From contig CAVGVF010000001.1 of assembly GCA_963632615.1 (NCBI GenBank), forward strand, positions 7,993-71,992: 64,000 nucleotides of DNA, given 5' to 3'. Source of the DNA: an uncultured Eubacteriales bacterium. Lineage in GTDB: Bacteria; Pseudomonadota; Alphaproteobacteria; RF32; CAG-239. Under the pieces are notes generated by a model. That model had not been told where the DNA came from. It saw only the letters and a list, made by a program, of their open reading frames with translations, and searched no databases. The position numbers and the translations under genes are program-made. Below are positions 48,564-57,162 of this stretch, one piece after another. Position 1 is the stretch's first letter. Each line of letters begins with the position of its first letter.

Positions 48564-49397
48564 ATGAGTGAAAAAAAAGATTTGAATGCTAATGAGCTGT
48601 TAATCGCCAAAAAAGAAAAACAGCGTAAAAAAGAACAGCTTCTGCAAAAAGTCAAAGAAATGATGATTCTGCTTTTTGTAATAGCAGTTTTTGCCGGAGG
48701 CGGCGGATATTTTGCAGCTCAGTTTATGCAAAAGCGCTATGACTACCTGCAATATATAAAAAACTTGAATCAGACAACTCTGGAAATATCCCAGCTGGTT
48801 GATAATATCCGCAACACTTATCTTATTGAACAAGATGCTTCGGCCAAAGATTTGCAGCAGCTGATAAAAATCGGCGCCATTCCGCAAAAGCTTGTCAGAA
48901 CTTTTAACGGACAAAAATATTTAAGAAACCCGTTCGGCGGCAAGATTATTATTGAAACGTCCGATACTATCTGGAATAAAGAAGGCACTCTCAGCTCGCC
49001 GACATTCAAAATGTCTTACCAAGGGCTGCCGCGCCGGGCTTGCATTGATTTAGCCACTATGGACTGGGGCGATAATATTAAAGGCCTGCTGGCTGTAGCC
49101 ATCGGCAGCGTAGATGCTCAAACCGGCGAAGACAATGCTTTGCATGATATTGATATGACGCCGGAAAAAGAAGAAAAAGAGAAAAAAGCCGCCGCCCCTG
49201 CCGAAAATGACGAATTTGCTCTTGATATGCTGCGGCCTCGTATGCGCTACAGAATGAATGTGGCTAAACCGAACGACCAGTTTATCCCGACGCCTTTTTC
49301 TCAAGGCAATGCCGAAATGGGCTGTTTTTGCGGGCAAAATGACTGCTCTTTTGCTCTCCATTATGCTGTTTTCAGCATCGAAACAGATAAAAAATAA
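48564..49397 (+). CDS. membrane-anchored Cys-rich hypothetical protein (paralog of 58776..59432)
   Basis: 277 aa with one TM helix after a K/E-rich N-terminus. Blocks shared with the paralog are NPFGGKIII, LPRRACIDLATMDWG and GCFCGQNDCSFAL. Confidence 0.6.
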   Translation: MSEKKDLNANELLIAKKEKQRKKEQLLQKVKEMMILLFVIAVFAGGGGYFAAQFMQKRYDYLQYIKNLNQTTLEISQLVDNIRNTYLIEQDASAKDLQQLIKIGAIPQKLVRTFNGQKYLRNPFGGKIIIETSDTIWNKEGTLSSPTFKMSYQGLPRRACIDLATMDWGDNIKGLLAVAIGSVDAQTGEDNALHDIDMTPEKEEKEKKAAAPAENDEFALDMLRPRMRYRMNVAKPNDQFIPTPFSQGNAEMGCFCGQNDCSFALHYAVFSIETDKK

Positions 49398-49521
49398 AAA
49401 CTCTGCCGTCTTTAAGCCTTTTTTGTGCGATAAATAGTCAATAATCAAAAAATTTGTATTGTATTATCAGAGAAATAAAATATACTTACATAGGTTTAAT
49501 TTTTAATTTAGGACGTAACAG

Positions 49522-50805
49522 ATGTTAGATATAAAATTTATTGCCGATAATACGGATTGGGTAAAGAAAAGCTTGGGACGCAAAGGCTTTCCGGCTGAAA
49601 AAGTGGATGAACTGTTAGAAACATATTACAACTTAAACAAACTGAAAACTTCATCACAAGCTTTGGCTGAAGAAAAAAATAAACTGAGCAACTCCATAAA
49701 ATCTGCATCAAATGAAGAACGTCCGGCAATTATTGCCAAAAGTAAAGCTATTGGCGAAGAATTTAAGTCAGAACAAGAAAAATTGGCAGTTTTGCAGGCG
49801 CAGTTTGACGATATGATTCTGCGTATGCCGAACTATCCGAGCGAAGACAGTCCGGACGGACCTGATGACAGCTATAATGTGGTGCGCCGCCGTGTCGGAG
49901 AGATTCCGCATTTTGACTTTACTCCGCGCGACCATGTTGAATTGATGGAAATCAACGATTGGGGAGAAATGGAACGCATTGCCAAAGTTTCCGGCTCTCG
50001 TACCTATGCCATTAAAAATGATTTGGCTCAGCTGGAATTGGCTATTCACATGCTGGTAATGGATAAACTGCGCGCCGCCGGATTTACGCTGCTGACCGTG
50101 CCGGCAATTTCTAAGGAAAAACCGCTGTATAACCAAGGCTATCTGCCTTTTGCCCGCGATGAAGTATATTATATGCCGGCAGATGATTTGTACTTATCCG
50201 GCACTGCAGAATTGATTTTGAACTCTCTGCGCGCTGATGAACTGCTGACCGAAGCTGATTTGCCGGTTTTGTACGCCGGATTCTCGCCATGCTTCCGCCG
50301 CGAAGCCGGAGCCGCCGGAAAGGACACCCGCGGTTTGGTTCGCGTACACCAATTTTTCAAAACCGAACAATTTGTTATTTGTAAAAACGATTTGGCAGAA
50401 AGTGAAAAATGGCATCAAATTCTGCTTAAAAATTCTGAAGAAATCTTGCAGGATTTGGAATTGCCGTATCAGGTTTTGGAAGTCTGCACCGGAGATATGG
50501 GCGCGCCTAAATACCGTCAATACGATTTGGAAGCCTGGGTTCCGTCACAGAATTGCTATCGTGAAACCCACTCTTGCTCAAATATTACCGATTGGCAGGC
50601 TCGCCGCACAAATCTGCGCTACCGCGACAATGCCGATGGCAAAGTAAAATATTGCCATACCTTGAACAACACCGGTATCGCCACCCCTCGTGCTTTGGTA
50701 CCGTTTATTGAAAACCACCAGCAAGCTGACGGGACAGTCCGTATTCCGGAAAAATTGCAGCCGTATATGGGCGGTAAAAAATTCATTGGCAAAAACGCAA
50801 AATAA
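49522..50805 (+). CDS. serS: serine--tRNA ligase
   Basis: 427 aa with an N-terminal coiled-coil arm and class II motifs (FRREAG, RVHQF, GLATPR-like GIATPR). Confidence 0.94.
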   Translation: MLDIKFIADNTDWVKKSLGRKGFPAEKVDELLETYYNLNKLKTSSQALAEEKNKLSNSIKSASNEERPAIIAKSKAIGEEFKSEQEKLAVLQAQFDDMILRMPNYPSEDSPDGPDDSYNVVRRRVGEIPHFDFTPRDHVELMEINDWGEMERIAKVSGSRTYAIKNDLAQLELAIHMLVMDKLRAAGFTLLTVPAISKEKPLYNQGYLPFARDEVYYMPADDLYLSGTAELILNSLRADELLTEADLPVLYAGFSPCFRREAGAAGKDTRGLVRVHQFFKTEQFVICKNDLAESEKWHQILLKNSEEILQDLELPYQVLEVCTGDMGAPKYRQYDLEAWVPSQNCYRETHSCSNITDWQARRTNLRYRDNADGKVKYCHTLNNTGIATPRALVPFIENHQQADGTVRIPEKLQPYMGGKKFIGKNAK

Positions 50806-51437
50806 TGTCGGATACTGCAGCTGAAATACTTGAATTTATGCGCGCCATGGAACGGGTTTGCCTGGTCAAACGCGACACCTTGCTTTCTGACGGAACTCCG
50901 GAAAATGATGCTGCGCATATTTTCAAGCTGGCTATGCTGATTATGCTGGTATACCCTTTTTTGCAAAAAAAATACAACTATACACGGCTGCTGGAATTGG
51001 CCTTGATTCATGATATTGCCGAAGGCATAACCGGAGATTGCCCGCGCTCGGCGCAGGTGGCTCATCCGGAACGCCGGCAGGAAAAAGAGCTGCAAGAGCA
51101 AAAAGCCATGCAGCAATATCAAAAAATGCTGCCGCCGCCGTTGAATGAACGGATTTCGGAATTATTTAACGAATATGAAGCCCGTAGAACTCCTGAAGCC
51201 AAACTGGTTTCCGCGTTAGATAAAATGGAAGCAAATTTTCAGGCTAATTTATTCGGCAACGGGGATATTCGTTATTGGAAAGATTGTGAAAACGGCGAAG
51301 AATATTACCGCATTGCTACCGAGCATAAGCCTTTGGTAGCAGAGCTCAATGAAGATATTTTAACCGAACTGGAAAAAAACATTATAAATTTGACCTTGGA
51401 GAATATGGCGCAGTGCAAAATAAAAGCTTGTCTATAG
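50805..51437 (+). CDS. HD-domain phosphohydrolase (YfbR-like 5'-nucleotidase family)
   Basis: 210 aa with ENDAAH...LIHDIAEGITGD. Its ATG overlaps the serS stop (TAATG). Confidence 0.7.
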   Translation: MSDTAAEILEFMRAMERVCLVKRDTLLSDGTPENDAAHIFKLAMLIMLVYPFLQKKYNYTRLLELALIHDIAEGITGDCPRSAQVAHPERRQEKELQEQKAMQQYQKMLPPPLNERISELFNEYEARRTPEAKLVSALDKMEANFQANLFGNGDIRYWKDCENGEEYYRIATEHKPLVAELNEDILTELEKNIINLTLENMAQCKIKACL

Positions 51438-52087
51438 CCAAGCTGCAAACAGCAGCCTTTGATTGGGATAACACGCTGGCCTACAGCCGCGAAGCTCTTG
51501 TTTTTGCCATTAACAAAATTCTGCCGCAATATAATCTGCCGCAATGGGACGAAGTAAAGCAAAAAAGAAACAGACGCCTATCGTTCCGCGATAATTTTCC
51601 GCTGATTTTCGGTGGCGATGCCGAAGAAGCTTATGAAAAATACCGCCTTATTTATAAAGAAAACGTCGAACGTCTGATTTCTGCTCCGCCTAAAGCCATG
51701 GAAGTTTTAGAATTTTTGAAAAATAACGGTATAAAAATTGTTATTGTTTCAAACAAAGACCGTCAGCTTTTTGATTTTGAACAGCATTTTTTATACAACG
51801 CCGATTTGTTTGACAATGTTGTCTGCGGACATGAAGCGGCGCAGGATAAGCCAAGCGCCGAACAGCTCAGGTATGCGGTCAAAGACTATGTTTCAAAAAT
51901 ATCCGAAAACAATGTCTGGATGATTGGCGACAGCCCGATGGACAGCGAATGCGCTTTAGCAGCCGGCGCCAAAGCCATACGCATCGGCGAACCGATATGG
52001 GGTACGGCAGACACCGAAGAAAACGCAAACATCCTCTTTTTCAAAAATTTTGAAATGTTTTACAACGTTCTGACGGAGCAAAATTGA
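51413..52087 (+). CDS. HAD-superfamily hydrolase (phosphatase)
   Basis: It has motif I (FDWDNTL), motif II (VSNK) and motif IV (GDSPMD). The start is uncertain. Confidence 0.75.
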   Translation: MQNKSLSIAKLQTAAFDWDNTLAYSREALVFAINKILPQYNLPQWDEVKQKRNRRLSFRDNFPLIFGGDAEEAYEKYRLIYKENVERLISAPPKAMEVLEFLKNNGIKIVIVSNKDRQLFDFEQHFLYNADLFDNVVCGHEAAQDKPSAEQLRYAVKDYVSKISENNVWMIGDSPMDSECALAAGAKAIRIGEPIWGTADTEENANILFFKNFEMFYNVLTEQN

Positions 52088-53382
52088 TGCATCACAGAAC
52101 TAAATTATTATTAAAGATATGGATAAAACGCCTGCTTTATTTAGTTATATTAGGTTTAATAGTTTGGGCAAACATAAACCGCCTGCAGGACAACAGCTAT
52201 TCAAACTACGAAAAAGTTATTGATTTCGGCAGAATCAAAGATGAAGATAAATTGGTCAAGCCGGTAATCGCGGCCATTTTCTATAACGGTAAGAACACCA
52301 GAAAAAACACTATTTCAACATATTTAGCGCATACTGATAATTATAAAAAACAAAATATTCAGATGATTATCGTGCCTAAAAAAATATCGTCTTACAGCGC
52401 CGAAGTGGTGGAAAAACTTTATGAAGCCATCAAACAAAACAACTCTTTTCAAAAAATCTTGCTTGTTTATGATAAAGATGCAAAAAATGACATAAAACAG
52501 CACAAAAAAATGCTGCAGCAAATTATAAATGTAACTAACATTACCGAAAATCCAATATCCCAGCAAACTTTAAATTCTGAAAATAAAATTGAAGAATATC
52601 TAAACACTCCGCAGACTTTAGTAATTTTTTTAGCCGATTTGGATAAAGGATTAAATGAAGAAAACAGTGAATTTCTGACGGCGGAAGCGGCGTTTTTTGC
52701 TCAAAAGCATAAATATCAAATAAACGTTTTTGATATTATAGACACCCAGCTTGCTCAGGCTTTAGACAAGGATTACAGCGCGCTTTATCCGCTGGAAACC
52801 ATAAAAGAAGAGCCGGCTTTAGCCAAACAAAAGCGCAATCTGGAACGCTATAAAAAACACTATTGGCACTTGCTGCAAAACTACTTTGAACTGAATTTAT
52901 TAAAAACCGCCCAAGGCCTTGACGACACCGTTATGCCGGTTCGCTCCGAAGAAAATTACCGTTTATATGACCGCGGACGCTTGATTTTGAAAGCTTATGA
53001 CGAAAACTATCTTGAAATTTTTGAACAAGCCGAAATGCAAGAAAATAAAGGTATTGCCGCGCTGGTTTCAGACGCTGTCAAAAAACTTGCCGCCGCCGGA
53101 AAAATTGCTAAGGCAAAATACTTCAAGCTCTATCTTTTGACAGACTTTGAAACCATAAAGCAGCAGCCGGACACCATGTTAATGAGCCATTTGGATGAAG
53201 ATGACGGACTTTACGGAGAATATAAAGGAAAATCAGCCGTCCTCGTTGCCGATGACCGTCCGGATAATCCCGAAGATTTAGCCCCGACGCTGCGGCAAAA
53301 AGCTCAAATACCCGATATTGTACCGGAAAAAGATATAAAATTTTATCGTTTTAAAACTGTGGAGATGAAATATGGAGATTAA
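52084..53382 (+). CDS. hypothetical membrane-anchored protein
   Basis: 432 aa with an N-terminal TM helix. Start and stop overlap the neighbouring genes (ATGA overlap). No motif recognised. Confidence 0.5.
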   Translation: MMHHRTKLLLKIWIKRLLYLVILGLIVWANINRLQDNSYSNYEKVIDFGRIKDEDKLVKPVIAAIFYNGKNTRKNTISTYLAHTDNYKKQNIQMIIVPKKISSYSAEVVEKLYEAIKQNNSFQKILLVYDKDAKNDIKQHKKMLQQIINVTNITENPISQQTLNSENKIEEYLNTPQTLVIFLADLDKGLNEENSEFLTAEAAFFAQKHKYQINVFDIIDTQLAQALDKDYSALYPLETIKEEPALAKQKRNLERYKKHYWHLLQNYFELNLLKTAQGLDDTVMPVRSEENYRLYDRGRLILKAYDENYLEIFEQAEMQENKGIAALVSDAVKKLAAAGKIAKAKYFKLYLLTDFETIKQQPDTMLMSHLDEDDGLYGEYKGKSAVLVADDRPDNPEDLAPTLRQKAQIPDIVPEKDIKFYRFKTVEMKYGD

Positions 53383-55087
53383 CGGTTATAAAATCAAATA
53401 TTCTGCCGAAGAACTTGCAGATAAAATTAACACTCAAACCCGCAAAATTGAACTGATAGATAAAACCAACCCCGCCTATTCCGCACTGCCGGACGGCGAT
53501 AAAAAAGCTCTTGACTACTTAGCCAACGCCGCAAGAATTATGAATGACGTGGCTTTGGAAATGGATCATCCGCTTAATTTAATCCAAAAACAAGCGCTTG
53601 AAAATTATGCTCCGCAAAACCGGCAGGCCGCTTTAGCCCTAAAACTGTTTAATTCCTTAAACGGCGTGGCCGGCTATAACGGCATAGATAAAGAACCGGT
53701 AGAAATTTTTGAGGGCATCAAAATGCAGCCGGGATGCAATTTTTATCCGTCAAACCTCTCGGCCGAAGAACTTGCGGCCATAATCGAAGCTATGCTGGAT
53801 GCCGGACACATTGAAGAAGTTAAAAAGATTTTAAGCGCCCGCACTATGGTTCGCCGCAACGGAGATTTTTTGAAAGCTATTGATTACACCGAATATTTTG
53901 CCGATGAATTTTCGGAAATTGCCAATGAAATAGAATGCGCAGCCCATTTTGCGACAGATGATTTGTTCAAAGACTTTTTAGGCTGGCAGGCTCAGGCTTT
54001 GCTGCAAAACAATGAAGAAATGGACATTTTGGCTGATAAACACTGGGCGCGGATGCAGGAATCTCCGCTGGAATTTACTATCAGCCGCGAAAATTATGAA
54101 GACAAACTGACCCCGACGCTTTTTGATAATAAAAAGCTGAGTCAGCGTTTTGCGGAGCTGAACATTGCACCGGTTCCAAAGGATATGCTCGGTGTCAGAG
54201 TCGGTATTGTTAATCAGCAGGGAACATCTCTTTTGCTGAAATTCAAAGATGAAATGCTTAAACTCGCAAACCTAATGCCTAAAGCTGACTGCTATACCCA
54301 AAATGTCGGCGGAAATTCCGGATTGAAGCAAACTATGGTTGATGTTGATTTGACCATGCTGAGCGGCGATTATGCTATGTGCCGCGGCGGAATTACTCTG
54401 GCTCAAAACCTGCCGAACAACGATAAACCATCGCTCAAGCACGGCGGCGGCAGACGCAATGTTTATCATCGCCAAATCCGCCAAAGCGGCGACAAAGAAA
54501 AAACGGCGCTGATTTTGAATGGACTTGTTGCGCCTGAACTGCATAAATATTATGAAGAAGAAGCCGATCATTTATTTACCATCGGCCACGAAAACGGGCA
54601 TTCTTTGGGCCCTGACAGCTCATATCAAACAGCTTTAGGGCTATATCAGCACATTATTGAAGAGCACAAAGCCAATCTGATTTCAGCTTCTATGATGCCG
54701 GAATATGTCAAAGCCGGTATCATCAGCGCCGAACAGCTGAAAAAAATATACACCACCTGGGTGGTTAAGCGCCATCTGATGACGGCTTATCCGGCCAGCG
54801 GCGAAGCTCACCGCGTGGCAGATTTAATTGAATATAACTACCTGACTGCCCATAAAGCTATTTATTTTGATGAAAATAAGCTTCTGCATATAGATTTTGA
54901 ACAAATGCCGGTTGTCTGCCGCCAAATGCTGGAAGACATTATAGATGTACAATTATCAAAATCTCCGGACTACGCCAAAAATTATGTGGAAAAATGGAAT
55001 AATTGGAGTGAATTATCACAATATATCGCCGATTTTAAACTAAAATTAGGAGTTAAACCTTATATTGAATTAGTAACGCACTTTTAA
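53372..55087 (+). CDS. putative zinc metallohydrolase (HExxH; DPP III/M49-like)
   Basis: 571 aa. It has HENGHSLGP followed by an EEHKAN second motif, with spacing reminiscent of M49-type enzymes. Confidence 0.5.
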   Translation: MEINGYKIKYSAEELADKINTQTRKIELIDKTNPAYSALPDGDKKALDYLANAARIMNDVALEMDHPLNLIQKQALENYAPQNRQAALALKLFNSLNGVAGYNGIDKEPVEIFEGIKMQPGCNFYPSNLSAEELAAIIEAMLDAGHIEEVKKILSARTMVRRNGDFLKAIDYTEYFADEFSEIANEIECAAHFATDDLFKDFLGWQAQALLQNNEEMDILADKHWARMQESPLEFTISRENYEDKLTPTLFDNKKLSQRFAELNIAPVPKDMLGVRVGIVNQQGTSLLLKFKDEMLKLANLMPKADCYTQNVGGNSGLKQTMVDVDLTMLSGDYAMCRGGITLAQNLPNNDKPSLKHGGGRRNVYHRQIRQSGDKEKTALILNGLVAPELHKYYEEEADHLFTIGHENGHSLGPDSSYQTALGLYQHIIEEHKANLISASMMPEYVKAGIISAEQLKKIYTTWVVKRHLMTAYPASGEAHRVADLIEYNYLTAHKAIYFDENKLLHIDFEQMPVVCRQMLEDIIDVQLSKSPDYAKNYVEKWNNWSELSQYIADFKLKLGVKPYIELVTHF

Positions 55088-55097
55088 GGAATAAAAT

Positions 55098-55493
55098 ATG
55101 TGGACTATGCTGAAAAAACTGGGAGCCGGAGAATATTCGCTTAAAATAACTTTTTGGCTGTTCGGCTTAATGGGAATGCTGTTTTTTACAATCGCAACTC
55201 ACATCACGCACAGCGGGGCTTTGCGTATAATTTGCCGCGGCAGAGTCTGCCCCCGCAGCATTTTGTTATATATTCTGAGCAATATTCCGAATTTGATGAC
55301 AGGAAGTTCCGGACGCTTATCGGCTTTTGCTCCGCACTTGTTAGTTTGCTCGCTGTTTATCTGCTATTTTATTATATTGATACGCGGCTTATGGAAATGC
55401 GGCGATGCCTATGAAGGTGCAAAATTCTGGACTGTCTGCGCTAAAGCCATTATTGTATGCTTAGGCTTTTTAAGCTTAAAATCCATTATTTAG
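55098..55493 (+). CDS. hypothetical membrane protein
   Basis: 131 aa with 3-4 hydrophobic helices. Confidence 0.5.
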   Translation: MWTMLKKLGAGEYSLKITFWLFGLMGMLFFTIATHITHSGALRIICRGRVCPRSILLYILSNIPNLMTGSSGRLSAFAPHLLVCSLFICYFIILIRGLWKCGDAYEGAKFWTVCAKAIIVCLGFLSLKSII

Positions 55494-55501
55494 GAGCTGT
55501 C

Positions 55502-55669
55502 ATGAAAAAAATTATCTGTTATCTGCTACTCTTTTCTTTAGCTTCATGCAGCGGCTTTGTTGCCGGCAATATCAGCAAAGAACGCCAGCATTTGTATGAA
55601 TATAACAACAATCAGGAATATTGCGATAAAAATCCCAACCGCTGTGTTAATAATATCCCTTGGAGCTAA
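55502..55669 (+). CDS. small lipoprotein
   Basis: ATG 55502 gives MKKIICYLLLFSLASC, with lipobox LASC. 55 aa, followed by a terminator. Confidence 0.6.
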   Translation: MKKIICYLLLFSLASCSGFVAGNISKERQHLYEYNNNQEYCDKNPNRCVNNIPWS

Positions 55670-55685
55670 TAAAATAAATTACTTC

Positions 55686-55722
55686 AAAAATCCTTAGACT
55701 TTTACTAAACTAAGGATTTTTT
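55686..55722 (+). terminator. rho-independent terminator of the lipoprotein gene
   Basis: AAAAATCCTTAG / CTAAGGATTTTT stem plus T-run. Confidence 0.75.
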
Positions 55723-55736
55723 CATATATAAAGTTC

Positions 55737-56458
55737 TTTACTTTTAATGTCTGTTCCTTTAATCTGAAATTGGATAAGCGATAGTTTATCTGAGGTGTGA
55801 GAACCTCTTATTCATGCGTCTAGCAGACGTTAAATACCTTCTGGTCAAATGACTGGAAGGTAGCAAAATATGCTATTGCTAGCTAATATGCTACACTATA
55901 ATCATGAATAATAGTTCTCAACTTCCAGTCGTCCTTCTTAAAGACGGCTTTTTTGTTGTAATTTCAAAATGAAAGGAAGTTGTAATGATAAAAAATTTGA
56001 GAAATAAAATTAAAACCTCACCCCGTGCGGGAGAGGTCGGAGCTCCGCTCCGAGTGAGGGGTACTAGAGAACAAACAGTCGATATATACTTGCATTTGTT
56101 CGCCACCACTCTCAGCGTCATTCTTCGGCGTGAACGAAGTGAACTGTCCGGAGAATCCAGGAATATAATGGCAATATTTTTAAATGCAGCAAACAGTATT
56201 GTCTCTAGCTTTTTTACCGTCATTACCGGATTTATTCCGGTAATCTTAGTACAGCGGGTGACTAACCAAGTCAATAAATTTGCCTTATTATTGCATAAGT
56301 ACCGGTTCAGCCAAGATTGCCGGAACGCGTCCGGCAATGACGGGTGCTGTGGACGCTTGTTTATGTTTTTCCCATTCCTTAAATTACTGAATCGGATGTA
56401 CCATCCTGGATCCTCGGCGAATGAGCTGGCGCTCAAAGCCAAGGATGACAATAAGAGT
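55737..56458 (+). promoter_or_regulatory. conserved structured leader, copy B (homologous to 44827..44103 minus)
   Basis: TTTACT (55737-55742) and TAATCT (55760-55765) are 17 nt apart. The leader also has covarying hairpins, a terminator at 55928-55954 and an anti-SD CAACTTCC (55919-55926) facing the SD GGAAGTTG (55975-55982). In-ORF hairpins lie at 56222-56244 and 56316-56338. Confidence 0.6.
55928..55954 (+). terminator. intrinsic terminator/attenuator inside leader B
   Basis: GTCGTC/GACGGC stem followed by TTTTTTGTTGT. Confidence 0.6.
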
Positions 56459-57079
56459 GTGTTGCAATATGGCCGGTCAATGATAGAAATGCTCGGCGTT
56501 TTAGCGATAATCGGAGTATTGTCTGTTGCAGGCATCGCCGGTTACTCTAAGGCTATGCAAATGTATGCCATTAACAAACAACGTAATGCTTTAATAGAAT
56601 TTTTATCTAATTTTTTACATATAAAAGATGAACTGCCCTACAAAGAAGACGGAACAGCGATAAATTATCCGGAACTAATGGAAGCAATGGATATGCTACC
56701 TAAAGAATTTACAGTTGTACATGGAATACAATGGGTAAATATGCGAGATAAATACGGTCATAATATAAGATTCTATTATTCTAATAACGGCTTTGGCATT
56801 CTCTACAGTTTTCATAATAATAAAAACAGCTCTCTTGTTTGCCAGGCTTTGGCTGAAACTGCTTTAAGTTTTAAAAATGATATATATATGATGTATCGTC
56901 AACCTATGGCCGGCAGCGGTATTCCCTATTACAGAATTTACGGCAACCATTATTGCATAAAAAACGCTAAATGCCTAAATAACTTAACCGTTAATGATAT
57001 AAATGAACTTTGCTATTTTTATAATGATAAAGATGAAAACAAATATCACTATGTAATCCAAATTGGCTTCAAAAAATAG
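55985..57079 (+). CDS. prepilin-type N-terminal cleavage/methylation domain protein (pilin-like B); start uncertain
   Basis: The class III signal (QYG|RSMIEMLGVLAIIGVLSVAG) begins at codon 159. The only internal starts are GTG 56459 and TTG 56462. The long ORF from ATG 55985 has AGGAAG 6 nt upstream. Confidence 0.75.
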   Translation: MIKNLRNKIKTSPRAGEVGAPLRVRGTREQTVDIYLHLFATTLSVILRRERSELSGESRNIMAIFLNAANSIVSSFFTVITGFIPVILVQRVTNQVNKFALLLHKYRFSQDCRNASGNDGCCGRLFMFFPFLKLLNRMYHPGSSANELALKAKDDNKSVLQYGRSMIEMLGVLAIIGVLSVAGIAGYSKAMQMYAINKQRNALIEFLSNFLHIKDELPYKEDGTAINYPELMEAMDMLPKEFTVVHGIQWVNMRDKYGHNIRFYYSNNGFGILYSFHNNKNSSLVCQALAETALSFKNDIYMMYRQPMAGSGIPYYRIYGNHYCIKNAKCLNNLTVNDINELCYFYNDKDENKYHYVIQIGFKK

Positions 57080-57162
57080 CGTTAATATTTAAGTTTTTCC
57101 GGTTTTATTCAGCTAAATAGTATGCTATAGTCTGGCATATTTTAACAAATCGGAGGACTGTA

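Noticed and set aside
55770-55930. c-di-GMP-I/II riboswitch upstream of the pilin-like genes
   Set aside because: These classes often precede pilin genes. However, none of the conserved core strings I remember are present in either copy, including the GNRA tetraloop/receptor pair and the conserved ACGCA / CAAAGC-type segments.
56025-56075. GTGCG... in the leader as a group II intron 5' end
   Set aside because: I could find no domain V-like 34-nt hairpin with an AGC triad, no bulged-A domain VI, no intron-encoded RT/maturase, and no plausible exon junctions.
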